IMG/VR virus record: IMGVR_UViG_3300036766_000439
Coordinates: 2,086 to 66,085 of that record
Source: a virus
Taxonomy: Duplodnaviria > Caudoviricetes
Reading direction: 5' to 3' (one strand)
Length of the DNA stretch: 64,000 nt
In this document: positions 9,331 through 20,200 of the stretch, piece by piece
Position numbering within the stretch: the first letter of the stretch is position 1
Layout of the letters: every line of letters begins with the position of its first letter
Position numbers and translations under genes: made by a program
The notes under the pieces: model-generated
Database searches by the model: none
Seen by the model: the letters and a program-made list of their open reading frames with translations, nothing else
What the model was told of the DNA's origin: nothing

Positions 9331-11043
9331 CTATGCGTCAATACGTTTCTTCGCCTTGATTGTCTTGTCGATCACCGCGGACGCCTCGTTCACGGTCAGC
9401 GTGGCACAGGTCTGCTCATCGAGTCCTAGCTGCGCCATCAGCGATAGCTGCCGCGGCGTTGCCAAGTGGTGTTTCAAGCGCGAGATCACGCGGGCAATGA
9501 CTTTCGACGCGAGCCCCTTGCATTTGATGTTGCTCACGTCGATCCCCTGCTTTTGCAGAAAACTCAACTGCCCGTCCGTCGGCGGCAGGCTGTCCCATGA
9601 AGTCTCCGGTTCATAGCTGGCCAAGGACGCATCCCCCAAAGACACGGAGAGCGCAATGGGGTCAATCGTCCGGGCCTGCTTGCGCGCGTGCTTCTTGGCC
9701 GCGTCCTGCAACGCCTTGAGCATGTCCCGCTCCGCCACAGACTCAGCCGCCACCAAATCCACCTCCCCGGACTCCAGCATGGCTTTCCGTATCGCCGGTT
9801 TCGAGGCGACAAGATCCACCGGCTGAATCAGGTCGATGCGGTCGGTCAGCCATAGGAAATCGAGGATCACGAAATGTGGCTTGGCGGAGGCTGCGATTGC
9901 CGCCAGTCGGGCCTCGCGGTCGTCCAAGTGGTCGATCAATCCCGGCAGCGTGCGGGTTCCGCGGACACTGGCCTGCACGAAAAAACTCCAAATCTTGGTC
10001 GGCCGCAGGATGCAGACTCCTGTAATGTCGGGCACGTCAAAGCCCTCGACCACCAAAAGGGCGTTGCAAAGCACGGTGCCCGGTCCCGCGGCGCGAAAGG
10101 CGACAATCTTCTCGTCCCGGTCATCGCAGGCGCCGGACACGAAACTCCCGTTCATCCCCTCATCGCACAGGGCTAAAGACAGCAACCGGGCGGTTTCTAT
10201 GGACGGCGTAAACACCACTGTCTTTAGAGTCTTGGCGTGAAGGGCGATCTGCTTGGCGACTTCCCGCAGGATCGGTGCGATGCGGGCCGTCACCTCGCCC
10301 AAGTCGAAATCCGCCCCCTGTCCGCCGGCACGGGATAGTTTGACTCCGCGCATGTCAATCTTGAGCGGGATGTTCTTCACCAGCGGGCGCACGAGATACC
10401 CGTCGCGCACCGCTTCGAGCAGTCCGTATTCATAGGCGATCTTTTGATAAAGCTCCCCAAGGTCGCGCTTGTCGCCGCGGCTGGCCGTCGCCGTCACACC
10501 CAAGATGCGGGCCTTGTGCTGGTATTCGGCTCCGATCTCCGGCGCGGACCATCCTTCATTGAGAGAGTCCCGCCCGTAGTGGAAATAAAAGATAATCTTG
10601 AGGTAAGACTTGGCGAGGCTCCGATGGCATTCGTCCACGATGACGAGGCTGAAATGATCGTCCGCAAACCCCGTCAGCCGGTTGTCCCGCGTCAACGTCT
10701 GCACCGACGCAATGACGACGGAGGCAAACGGGCTCGCATGATCGTCCGCCTTCTCCTTGTCGGCCACGAGTCCGGTGGACTTGCGCAGCTTGTCTATCGC
10801 CTGCTCTAGCAACTCATCGGTATGCGCGAGAATCAGCACCTTGCCGCCTTTGGCGACTTCATCGCGGGCGATGTTGGCGAAAACTACGGTCTTGCCACAG
10901 CCGCCACTCATCACCACGAGTTGCCGCGTAGCCTCCGCCCAGCCAGCCTCGACCGACTCGATGCACTCAGTCTGATAAGGGCGCAGGCGAAGCAGCGGCG
11001 CGGGCGCGTCGTCAGCCCAATCAATTTCTAGGATTTGGCTCAC
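9331..11043 (-). CDS. SF2 (DEAD/DEAH, ResIII-like) helicase
   Basis: LRPYQ Q-motif, GCGKT Walker A, DECH, TAT, EGFDVP, QASVRGTR. Confidence 0.9.
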   Translation of the reverse strand: MSQILEIDWADDAPAPLLRLRPYQTECIESVEAGWAEATRQLVVMSGGCGKTVVFANIARDEVAKGGKVLILAHTDELLEQAIDKLRKSTGLVADKEKADDHASPFASVVIASVQTLTRDNRLTGFADDHFSLVIVDECHRSLAKSYLKIIFYFHYGRDSLNEGWSAPEIGAEYQHKARILGVTATASRGDKRDLGELYQKIAYEYGLLEAVRDGYLVRPLVKNIPLKIDMRGVKLSRAGGQGADFDLGEVTARIAPILREVAKQIALHAKTLKTVVFTPSIETARLLSLALCDEGMNGSFVSGACDDRDEKIVAFRAAGPGTVLCNALLVVEGFDVPDITGVCILRPTKIWSFFVQASVRGTRTLPGLIDHLDDREARLAAIAASAKPHFVILDFLWLTDRIDLIQPVDLVASKPAIRKAMLESGEVDLVAAESVAERDMLKALQDAAKKHARKQARTIDPIALSVSLGDASLASYEPETSWDSLPPTDGQLSFLQKQGIDVSNIKCKGLASKVIARVISRLKHHLATPRQLSLMAQLGLDEQTCATLTVNEASAVIDKTIKAKKRIDA

Positions 11044-11495
11044 GCCAGATATTCCTCAATCGCCCGTTTGGCTTCCTCCGTGCTCCGGCAGACAGTGACG
11101 GTGTAACGCTGACATTCAAGCGTCCATAGCATCAGTTTTTGCACGGGCGAGACGCGACCTATCGGGGTTTTAAGTTCGAGGAAAAGTCCATGCTTCCATC
11201 GGCTGGCAACGCAAAGCATTAAATCAGGAGTTCCTGCCCTTGCCCCTTCCGCCTTCATTCTCGCCCCGTTGCGCGGGCTGCGAGCTGCCTGTAGTGGAAT
11301 CGCAAATAATAGGTTCTCGGAAAGGCTGAAACCCGCGCAGGCATGGTGCCACCACCGGATTAAATCCTGCTGCATCTGAGACTCCGACGGCCCGCTCGAC
11401 GGCGTGCGGTTCTTGCGGAACTTGAAATCGACCGGCAAGCCCTGCTTGGTCAGGAGGGCGGCAAGATCAGCGTCCGTATAGCGTTTCGAGGACAT
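11040..11495 (-). CDS. VRR-NUC nuclease
   Basis: ESQMQ...KAEGARAGTPDL...LELKTPIGRVSPVQK. Confidence 0.85.
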   Translation of the reverse strand: MSSKRYTDADLAALLTKQGLPVDFKFRKNRTPSSGPSESQMQQDLIRWWHHACAGFSLSENLLFAIPLQAARSPRNGARMKAEGARAGTPDLMLCVASRWKHGLFLELKTPIGRVSPVQKLMLWTLECQRYTVTVCRSTEEAKRAIEEYLA

Positions 11496-11665
11496 CGACG
11501 TAGGTGAGATTAACCGGAATCCCGTAGTGCCGCCGCATGCTGCGGTTCGCCTTGTTCAGTTGGGCCAGTCGTCCCCGGCTCCGGGTGGTCTTGGCGTGTT
11601 CGGATCGCGGGCGCTGTTTGATCTTCATTTCTTCATTCCTCTTGGGAACGTTCGGGTTAGTGCAA

Positions 11666-12808
11666 TTACGAAAATTGTAAAATCCGTTTTTCGCCTTGGG
11701 TTACAAACGGCTTGAATCTGCCGTCAACTACACTCTGCGCGGTCACGCTTGCCTTCCCGCCTTTAGGGATGTCCATGACTGTTGCCACCTCATCCACGAG
11801 GCGCGTCATCGACGGTTTATATGCCGCTGCCATGTGCTCATCGGTGACAAGGATTTCTTTTGCGGCCTTGAAGAACTCCACCGGCTTATCAATCGTGTAG
11901 CTCCCTTTCTGAATTTTCCGCGTGATTGTGATGCCGCAACCGGCGGCAATCGAGTCCTGTTTGTCGAGGCGTTCATGGAGCATGGCGGTCGCGTCCTCAG
12001 TGGGGCGGTTGAGCGTGCGGGCAGCGATCACCCAGTCAGCCAACTGGGCGTCATTGGGCTCGCGTTTGACGCGGGCGAGGGATTCAGGAGTCAGGGTTGC
12101 TTTCATGTGTTCGAGTTCAAGTTGCAGGGCGGGGCATTGTATCGACGCTGGGCACCAGCGGCATTGCGCCATGCCGGAGTTCACTTCCATCGCGTTATCG
12201 AGGGCCGCGTTGATCCGGGCCTCCAGACCGGCCGTGGCCTTGTCGATGTCCTCAATCATGGCCTCGCTCACGCGGGGAAAGCCTTCATCCTCGTCGTTGC
12301 GCGGTTGGATGATGCGGACCTTGCCGCGGCGCAGCGTCGGATAGGCGCGTTTCAACAGGCAGGCATAAACGAGCAGTTGCCAGTTCTGCTCGGCAATATC
12401 GACGGGGATGTAGCCCGTTTTGAAGTCATCGACACGGAACTCGGTCACGTCCGGGTTGAGCGCCACCACGTCAGGATGCCCGGAGAGGTTGAACCGATCC
12501 CAAGAATACGCCAGCGCCGCCTCACATTCCAGCGACCAGTCCGCCGGCGTTTCCTCGATCACTGTCCGAAAGAGGAAATTAATCATCCAGTCATTCAGGT
12601 GATTGCCGGGCGCATAGTTGAACCCATTGGGGAAGCCATTGCCGTAGGCTCCGGCCTCCGTGACGAGCCGCCAGGCGGTCTTGAGGTGTATGTCCGTGCC
12701 CTCGTCGCCCTCTGTGCCGGCGCGCGGGGCCACGAGGCGCGTGAGCGTCAGCGACCCGTTGCAGGACAGCACCCGATCAATCTCGCTCGCGCGGAGGGTC
12801 GGTTTCAA
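11666..12808 (-). CDS. PD-(D/E)XK exonuclease (DUF2800/Cas4-like)
   Basis: LRASE..C, GHPD, DFKTG, QLLVYA, CRWCP...CP. Confidence 0.8.
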   Translation of the reverse strand: MKPTLRASEIDRVLSCNGSLTLTRLVAPRAGTEGDEGTDIHLKTAWRLVTEAGAYGNGFPNGFNYAPGNHLNDWMINFLFRTVIEETPADWSLECEAALAYSWDRFNLSGHPDVVALNPDVTEFRVDDFKTGYIPVDIAEQNWQLLVYACLLKRAYPTLRRGKVRIIQPRNDEDEGFPRVSEAMIEDIDKATAGLEARINAALDNAMEVNSGMAQCRWCPASIQCPALQLELEHMKATLTPESLARVKREPNDAQLADWVIAARTLNRPTEDATAMLHERLDKQDSIAAGCGITITRKIQKGSYTIDKPVEFFKAAKEILVTDEHMAAAYKPSMTRLVDEVATVMDIPKGGKASVTAQSVVDGRFKPFVTQGEKRILQFS

Positions 12809-13626
12809 AACACGCTCCTTCCTGTGCTGACTGATTGTTTGTCGATCTCGAAGCGCACCCCGGCGCAGACCGGGAGCGGTTCGCCTTCCTTGTAGCCGTC
12901 ACAAAAGACGGCGCGGATCGCCTTGTCATTGGGCGTGCGGACGACGAATGACTCTGGAAGCAACGCGACATTTTCAACCCGGTGAATCAACCGCACCTTG
13001 AACGCAACGCCAGTCGGCTTTGCCATCACCGGAGCCGGGGCGAACTTGACCGCCTCGATTGCCTTCTCCGTTTCGGTTTTGGGCGGCGGCGGGGTGGGCG
13101 GCAGGTCGTCCAAGTCGAGTTCCATCACCGGCGTCTTGTTCTTGGCCGCGGCTTCAGCGGCAGCTTTCGCCGCTTCCTCCGCAATGCGCTGCACCTCCGC
13201 CTGCCGGCGTTGCTCGGCCTGAATCTCTGCCTGCCGGATCTTCTCCAACCGCTCCAACTCCTTGCGCCGGGCATCCTCCGCCGCCTGGGCCTTGCGCTGC
13301 TGATCGTCGTCATAGGCCGTCAGCGCGAACTTGAGCACGGTCTTGGCCTTTTCGATGCGCGCCATCGGCTCGCGCGCCGTCTCGTCAATCTTGGCATTGA
13401 TGTCGATGAATGGGCGTTTCAGCGCAAGGCGCGTGGCGTCGAGTTTCTTGCCCGCGCCCGTCAGGCGTTGCTGCAAGTCGGCCGCTTGCTGGGCCGATTG
13501 CGCGTCGGTGATCTTGAGCGCCGACACCTGTTCCTCGACCTTCGCCAGCGTGGCGAGGAATGCATTGTCCGCCAGAATCAGCGGGAATGCCGGTGCGGTC
13601 GCGGCAACTTCGATGTGCTCGCTCAA
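12805..13626 (-). CDS. Coiled-coil hypothetical protein in recombination operon
   Basis: TTG start overlapping the previous stop; long Ala/Glu/Lys coiled coil. Confidence 0.6.
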   Translation of the reverse strand: MSEHIEVAATAPAFPLILADNAFLATLAKVEEQVSALKITDAQSAQQAADLQQRLTGAGKKLDATRLALKRPFIDINAKIDETAREPMARIEKAKTVLKFALTAYDDDQQRKAQAAEDARRKELERLEKIRQAEIQAEQRRQAEVQRIAEEAAKAAAEAAAKNKTPVMELDLDDLPPTPPPPKTETEKAIEAVKFAPAPVMAKPTGVAFKVRLIHRVENVALLPESFVVRTPNDKAIRAVFCDGYKEGEPLPVCAGVRFEIDKQSVSTGRSVF

Positions 13627-14681
13627 TCCACCTCCGGCGCCGTATCGGGCGTCGCCTCTTTCACGGCCTGCACGATGATAATCATGCTCTTGGCCTTGGT
13701 GAGTTTGCCGAGCAGTTCCACCTCCAGAAGTTTGCCCTTCGCCCAAATCGGATTCGGGATCAGGTTGTCCTCATCGCGGGTGGCACCGCCGATGTGAATG
13801 ACGGTGCCGGTGAACTCGCCTTCGAGTTCCACGCTGACCGAGGGCGTCAGCACGCCACCGCTTTTGACCTCCATCGTGGTCACAGCGATCATCGTGCAAA
13901 GTGCGGTCAGTTTCTCGCCGTCGTTGAGCGCCGTGCGGGCGGCGGGTTTCGTGTCGGGCTTGGCCGGCGGTTCCGCGGCGGGCGGAAGAATCTCCGCCTC
14001 CAGCACCGTTGTCGTCGCCTTGGTGTTCTCCGTCACTGTGGCGGCACCCTTGGCCTCGCGTTTCGGCGGGGCGGTGCGTTTCGGCGGGTCAATCACCTTC
14101 TCGGCACCCGACGGAGCCGGCGTGACGTTGATTTCCTCCATGATAAACCGGTCATCGGCATCGTAGGGAATGCCGTGGATCACCTGGCGGGCGCAGTGCT
14201 TGAGGGCGCGCAGCGAAAGCATGTGGCGCGGCCGGGATGCCCAGTTGGGATTTTGTCCGACTTTCCACTCAGACAAAAGCGCAGTATATACTAGAGGGCG
14301 CTCCACCCCCTTGCGCCAGATGCGCGCAATCGCATGGGTTGGCGGAACGGAAACGTCTTCGGGATAGCAGACCGATTCCCAGCTATCGACGGCGGGATGC
14401 TCGGAGAGCTTCTTATAAACTCCCGCCGGTCCCATGATGGGGATGATGCTGCCCCCCTGCCCAGGAAACGCATACAGCATGTCCGGCAGGAACGGGTTGA
14501 CCCCCATGTCGGCGGCAATCGAGACGAAGGCCGCAAGCTGGCTGTCGGTGATGTTGGCCGCATTGCCTTTGAAGCATTGGGCCTTGATTGCCTCTATCAT
14601 GGCTCCAGGCTCCATGCCAATCAATGCGGCAAGTTGCTGGGAGGCTTTCGGGCGGACGGCGAGTTGGGTGTTTTCAGACAT
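13623..14681 (-). CDS. RecT/Redβ-family single-strand annealing protein with C-terminal extension
   Basis: QLAAFVSIA..GVNPF...YAFP, W...PRHML...ALKHCAR motifs. Confidence 0.8.
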   Translation of the reverse strand: MSENTQLAVRPKASQQLAALIGMEPGAMIEAIKAQCFKGNAANITDSQLAAFVSIAADMGVNPFLPDMLYAFPGQGGSIIPIMGPAGVYKKLSEHPAVDSWESVCYPEDVSVPPTHAIARIWRKGVERPLVYTALLSEWKVGQNPNWASRPRHMLSLRALKHCARQVIHGIPYDADDRFIMEEINVTPAPSGAEKVIDPPKRTAPPKREAKGAATVTENTKATTTVLEAEILPPAAEPPAKPDTKPAARTALNDGEKLTALCTMIAVTTMEVKSGGVLTPSVSVELEGEFTGTVIHIGGATRDEDNLIPNPIWAKGKLLEVELLGKLTKAKSMIIIVQAVKEATPDTAPEVD

Positions 14682-14824
14682 GGGATTCCTGTTTGACGGG
14701 TTGAGTTTGGTTGATGGCCTCAGTGACGATTTTCCACTGCGGCAGGGCGCGCTTTTTGGCCCGCCGTTTGATCTCTTTGACTACGAGGAGGGGGAGTTCA
14801 ATGAACATCCCCTTGCGGACTATT

Positions 14825-14875
14825 GATGGCATAGTGCCATCGGTCTATGCGCAATATATGTCTCGTCAAGCAAGA
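14825..14875 (-). promoter_or_regulatory. Promoter/operator of recombination operon
   Basis: Minus-strand TTGACG overlapped by TCTCGTCAAGCAAGA (14861-14875); hairpin GATGGCA-TAG-TGCCATC at 14825-14841. Confidence 0.55.
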
Positions 14876-14884
14876 ATATGCTTT

Positions 14885-17215
14885 TTAGGCGGATTTTTGC
14901 GTCAACTGCGAGGCGAAGGGTGTGCTGCCACCGGGACCGGCCTTGCCGAGCTTGCTGCCGGCAGTGGCGGGCTTGGGTGCCTTTGCGGCCTGCGCCGGCG
15001 TTTCCTGCACGCCAAGTTTTGAGATAACCTGGGCGCGTTCCTCCGGGGTGAGCAGTTCCAGCTTGGCCGTGACCCCCACGCTTGTCTTCGTCGGTTCCTC
15101 GGCGGGCTGCGGCTGTTCGGGCTGAATGGCGGTGTCCGCATCGCACTTGGGATCTAGCACGCGAAGCTGTTGCCGATAGAACGGCGCCGTCTTTTCCTGC
15201 ACCGTCGGCGGAAGCAGGTAGAATTTTTCCACCAGTGCCGCGGCCTGCGCCGACATTTGCAGGGCGGTGTTGTCCTTAAGCGTGGTCAGTTCGATTACGC
15301 ATTTGAATTTAAGGCCGCGCACGTCATCTGGGGTCAGTTTTGAAATACCCAAATCATCACCTTCCAAATATGAAAAAACCTCCTCCGGGTTGAGGTTCGC
15401 CAAGGTGACATCAATCTCGCGGTTGACGACGCGCTCCAGCGGGCCTTTCAAGTCCTGAATGATGGGGCGGAACAGTTCGTCACCCGACTGCGCCACTTGA
15501 ATGACTCCCGTTGCCAGCTTGGCCGACTGCATGCCGGCGGCTTGGTCGTCGTTGGCATTGCTGACGCCGCTCTCGTTCATCGCCAGTTGCATGAAAAACT
15601 GGATCATCAGATGAATCTGCTCGAACTTCGTGTCGGTCAGATAGACGGTTTCCAGCACGTCCTCGCGCTTCATGCCCGGTTTCTTGGTGTAAGTGCCGCC
15701 CCAGTTCATCTTGAGGTTCGGGTCGCGGTCGCCTTCGAGGGTGTTGGTCGGCGTCCAGAGATCGACGCGGCCGGCGCGGCTCTGGCTGTAATTCCAGCGG
15801 TTGACAAGCAGGTCTGTGATCGTGCCGTAGCTCTCAAACAGTTCCATGATGCCGAGCCCATACCACCGGCCCTCGACCGGATTGATGCGGACCACCTCCA
15901 GCGGGCGCAGGCCGTCCGTGGTGATGTTGGCAACGTGATCGTAGAAAATCGGCATCTGCGACTTCCGATCCGCAATCAGGCAGATATTCTCCGCCACGCC
16001 ATCCCCGTTGGCGTCATACCACATCCAGAACTCCGCGAACTCCGCCACCGGCCCCCCCTCGTTCGGCTCCTGAATCTGGAAATTGTCGTTCGGGCGGTTT
16101 TGCTGGCCCTCCGCAGCCTTCGGTGCCGGGCTGTTGGACGCCATCTGTTTGATGAGGGCGACCATCTTCTGCGCGGCACCAAGGCGTTCATCGGTGTCAT
16201 CCCCGACCAAGCCCCGCTTGACCACGAGATCCACGAACTCCATGACCGGCTTGTCATAGAGGTGAATGCAGCAATCGGCGGACTGGAGATCGGTTGCGCT
16301 GCTCGGGCACAGGAAGTCTTTGAAAAATATCACCTCCGACCGCGCACCCTCGAACAGCACTTGGCGGCGGTTCAGCGGGACGTTCTGATAGATCGGGGCC
16401 AATGGCTCCGGCGTCACCCCATCCCGCGCCAGAACGCGCGTGCCGGCACCATCCTCGGCGTCAACGAACTCGTCGTCCTCCGTGATATGGTTGCCGTCTT
16501 GGGCGCGCACCGGCTCGCCCTGCACGTCGGTCAGCACGCGGGCCTCGACGTTGAAAAGCTGGTCCCGGACGACATAGGAGGTCTTGACCACCGCTTCCCC
16601 CAGGATGAGGGCGCGCGAGATCGCCCGCTCCTTGTCCACTTGGGAATCCGACTCGCGCAGCTTGTATTGGCAGAACCGCTGGATGCGCAAGGCCCGTCCG
16701 GCGTCATCCACGGGGTCAAACTCCGGCACCGGGGCAGGATTGACCGAGAACCACGGCACAGCCCCAAAAAAGGCGTTCTTGGCCCGCGCAATCATCTGCC
16801 GGCAGATACGGCGCACCAGCGGCACGGAAATGTTTGAGGACAGGAAAATGTTGTCCGGTCCCATCGTGTAGGGGCGCCATGTCACGTCGTTCAGGAACGT
16901 CGCATCGTAGCGGGCGCGCTTGCCCATGAACGTGTCACCGGCGGTCAGCAACCCCTGCGCGGCCAAAGCCACGTTCTGCCGGCTGCCGGAGTTCAGCCAC
17001 CATGTCGGCGTCATGGTTTGGTCCCGGCCCGACTCGTTGTTCATGTGCCGGTAGCGCGCAAACGCATGGTCGATCATCTTCTTTTCCTGCTCGGCAGTCA
17101 GCTTGAGCGCGGTCTGGAATGGCACCTTCGGCTGGTTGTAGTCGGGGGCGGGGGCACCGGGCGGATTCACTACCTGCTGGGCTTTGTCGATGAAGGATGA
17201 AACTTGGTCGCTCAT
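14885..17215 (-). CDS. Portal protein (podovirus-like)
   Basis: 776 aa; GEAVVKT, PVEGRWYGLG, SGVSNA..ATG motifs typical of P22-like portals. Confidence 0.75.
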   Translation of the reverse strand: MSDQVSSFIDKAQQVVNPPGAPAPDYNQPKVPFQTALKLTAEQEKKMIDHAFARYRHMNNESGRDQTMTPTWWLNSGSRQNVALAAQGLLTAGDTFMGKRARYDATFLNDVTWRPYTMGPDNIFLSSNISVPLVRRICRQMIARAKNAFFGAVPWFSVNPAPVPEFDPVDDAGRALRIQRFCQYKLRESDSQVDKERAISRALILGEAVVKTSYVVRDQLFNVEARVLTDVQGEPVRAQDGNHITEDDEFVDAEDGAGTRVLARDGVTPEPLAPIYQNVPLNRRQVLFEGARSEVIFFKDFLCPSSATDLQSADCCIHLYDKPVMEFVDLVVKRGLVGDDTDERLGAAQKMVALIKQMASNSPAPKAAEGQQNRPNDNFQIQEPNEGGPVAEFAEFWMWYDANGDGVAENICLIADRKSQMPIFYDHVANITTDGLRPLEVVRINPVEGRWYGLGIMELFESYGTITDLLVNRWNYSQSRAGRVDLWTPTNTLEGDRDPNLKMNWGGTYTKKPGMKREDVLETVYLTDTKFEQIHLMIQFFMQLAMNESGVSNANDDQAAGMQSAKLATGVIQVAQSGDELFRPIIQDLKGPLERVVNREIDVTLANLNPEEVFSYLEGDDLGISKLTPDDVRGLKFKCVIELTTLKDNTALQMSAQAAALVEKFYLLPPTVQEKTAPFYRQQLRVLDPKCDADTAIQPEQPQPAEEPTKTSVGVTAKLELLTPEERAQVISKLGVQETPAQAAKAPKPATAGSKLGKAGPGGSTPFASQLTQKSA

Positions 17216-17231
17216 GGCTGGAGTGGGTTGG

Positions 17232-20200
17232 TTACTTTAGAGTTTCCATCAGAGCGTCATGCGCCTTGTGCTCTTTGGGTTTGAGATTAAACAGTTTGGC
17301 GAACTTGTTGGCATCGTCCTCCCGGTCCTGCTCCGCCTTGCGCAGAATCGCCCGGTCCGCCGGTTTGAGGGACTTCGCAAACGCCTGATCCATTTCGGCG
17401 TTCTTCGTCCACGAACGGAACAGGCTGTCGTTGAGCCCGGATTGAAGTTTTTGGAGCGCAACGTCCCGGTCGAACTGCGAGGCATAACCGCTGTGAACCT
17501 GCACCGTCGCAAGCATCTTCTCCGCCTCCGCCTTGGCGCGCTTCATGTCGCCATCCTGCAAGGCATAGTGGAGTTGCTGGTATTTGCCGACGGGATAGGT
17601 GCCGGTGTCATCCTTTTCACCGGCGGACTTCTTGTAGTCGTTCGCGAGTTTGTATGCCTGCGTCGCCGCCGTGTGCCGGGAAACTTGGAACCCTTGCGAA
17701 CTAGCAAACTCCTCGAAGCGGCTGACCGTGCGGGCACCTCCCGTCGTGGTCATGTCGATTAACTCCCTGATACCGGGGAGCCACCGAGCAGAGATTGGGA
17801 TGCCCTTGAGTAGAAAATCCGCAAGGGTGTCCATCGCACCGACATTCTCTCCGCGCCAGTTCTTCCCAGTCCCTAATTGAATCAAACTGCCAAAGGCCGG
17901 GCTCAAGCGTCCCATGAAATACTGCCTCGGGTTGTGAATCATGCGCCAGACGTCCTCTGCCGGGTTGCGCATCGTCCAGAGTCGGTTTTTGTGTTCAAAT
18001 CCAAACGGTTCGTCAAAATGGTATTGGTCATCGAACAGCTTGTTCATTATCTGCGCAATCGCCGCGACGGCGAGCGCCGTGAAGGCCAGAGCATACATGG
18101 GTTGCCTCCCGGTCTTGGAGCCGAGAAATCCTTTTGCCCCAATCGCGTAACTGCGGATATTCGACTCCCAGAAATCCGGGGCCAGTGTGAACCAGCCAAG
18201 GACATGCTGGAAAGTGGGATTGCGGTTGAGGTCCGCCAAATTCTGATGCCCGAAACGCTCGTTAATCTGATACGCGCTCAGGTAGCCGATGTCATCGCGG
18301 GTGACTTTGCCGCTCTTGATGTCGGAATCGAAAATCTTCATGTTGCGCTCAAACACGGCATCCATCGTGTGGAACTTGAGGTTCGGAATCAGCCGATGAA
18401 ACGTATATTCCGAAAATGCCCGGCTTACGATGCCCACCGCCGGAATCTTGTCCACGAGGCTCTTGCTGCCCAAGCCTTCCGAGAAATGATTCTCCGCGTC
18501 ATGGTCCCCGCCCAGCATCAATCCCCAGCGGACAAACTCCTGCGTGCGCGGGTCTTTCCAGTCGATGGGCTGCTTGAGGATAACGGGGTTAATCACCACC
18601 CGGTAGCCGGCCGCCAGTTTGATTTCATGGATGGCGTGGAATGAAGCTATGCCGCCCAGCATCGTGCCTTTCATGGTGCTGAGGGACTGATCGAACGCCT
18701 TGACCCCTACCTTGGCGAGATTGGCCGCAGGCGAGCCGGGCGAGTCAATCCATGCGCGGATTTTTGAGCGTTCGATGGCGTTCATCAGTTGCGCATAGTG
18801 ATCGGGATGGATGCCGATTTCACCCTGCATGATGATTGGCTTTCCGTCTGGACCTGTTCCCGTGTAATCCCAGCCACGAAACGCAGCGTTCGGGATGGGT
18901 TTATAGACGACACCGCCCTCCTGTGCCGCAGGCGGGTCGCTGATGTAGTTCGCCTTGTTTGTCTCGCCCTCCTTAAACTGCCCCAGAATCAGTTTGCCGA
19001 TGGGCAGTCCTTCGGGGGGCTTCTGGGTGAGCAACGCTTTAGCCAGCTTGCGCGTCTCGATGGCCTTCGTCAGTTGCGTGCCGTAGATCGCCATGATCTG
19101 GGCCAAGTCTTTCGTCTTCATCTTGAATCCCGCCTGTTCCAGATCGAAGAAATTCGGGAAAGTGCGCTCCTTTGAGTGCTTGAACTTCGCGATAATCTTG
19201 CCGCCAAAGGCCGCGCCGCCACCGGCCACGAACGGCAGTTTTACCATATGGGGAACGTAGTCCTCCACAAAGCCGCCGGATTTGACGACTCCATCCTCCA
19301 CTACGTTTTCATGCAGCACGCCATACTTCACGCCGAGCGCGTGCATGTCATCGAACCATCTCTGCGCCTTGGCGACTGTGGAAAGTTGTTCGGGAGTAAG
19401 TTTTAGCGCCGCCTCATAAATGGCTTTGTCGCGGCCCTTGGATTTGGAGGCCCAGTCGGTCAGCTTGGTTGCATTGCCACCGGCGTCCATGTAGACGGAT
19501 GCGGCCTCGCGCACGCGCTCACTGGGGATTTCCTTGGCGACCTTGAGTGCCGCCGTTTCGGTGTGGCCGATTCCGATTTGATTGTTCCCCACCCAAGTAT
19601 TGAGCACCTTGTTAAACCCCTCGTATTTCTTGACGGCATATATGTCCTTGCCAAACGCCTTCACAGTTCTGCCCGTCTCTTGCAGATGCTCCTTCATGTC
19701 CGCGAGCGAGGATTTGACCTTATCGAGATAATCCTTGGCGGACTCCGCCGGCGTGCCGAGCGGCGCGTCAGGCTCGCCCTGCGGACCAAGCCGTTCCTCA
19801 ATCTTTTTTAACAGAGCCTCGATGTGCGCCGTCGGCTGGCCCGCCGCCTGGATCTTGGCGAGTTGCGCGCGGGCGGTGTCGGCCAGCTTGGCGAGGCGCT
19901 GTTGCTCGGGGCTCGGCGCCGTTTCCGATGGCGAAGCGTCTTCTTCTGGGGCGGGGTGGTCGCGTGCGCGCTCCGCCAGTTTTGATTCAATAAAATCAAG
20001 CCCCTTCGCTACGGAACTCGGATTCCAGTCTTTGGGAACTTCGTAAGATATATTAGCTCGTCCCATCGGGCCGTTTCCGGCTTCATGGTCACGCACGCTG
20101 AGTTTCCATGTCGCCCCGTCGGCCAAGGTGATGTCATTGTAGTAACTGCCCCATTTCGTGCGAAACCACCCGCTCTGAGTGACACCCTCTGGCACATCGA

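Noticed and set aside
11666-12808. CRISPR-associated Cas4
   Set aside because: It sits in a RecT recombination operon with no cas genes or array.
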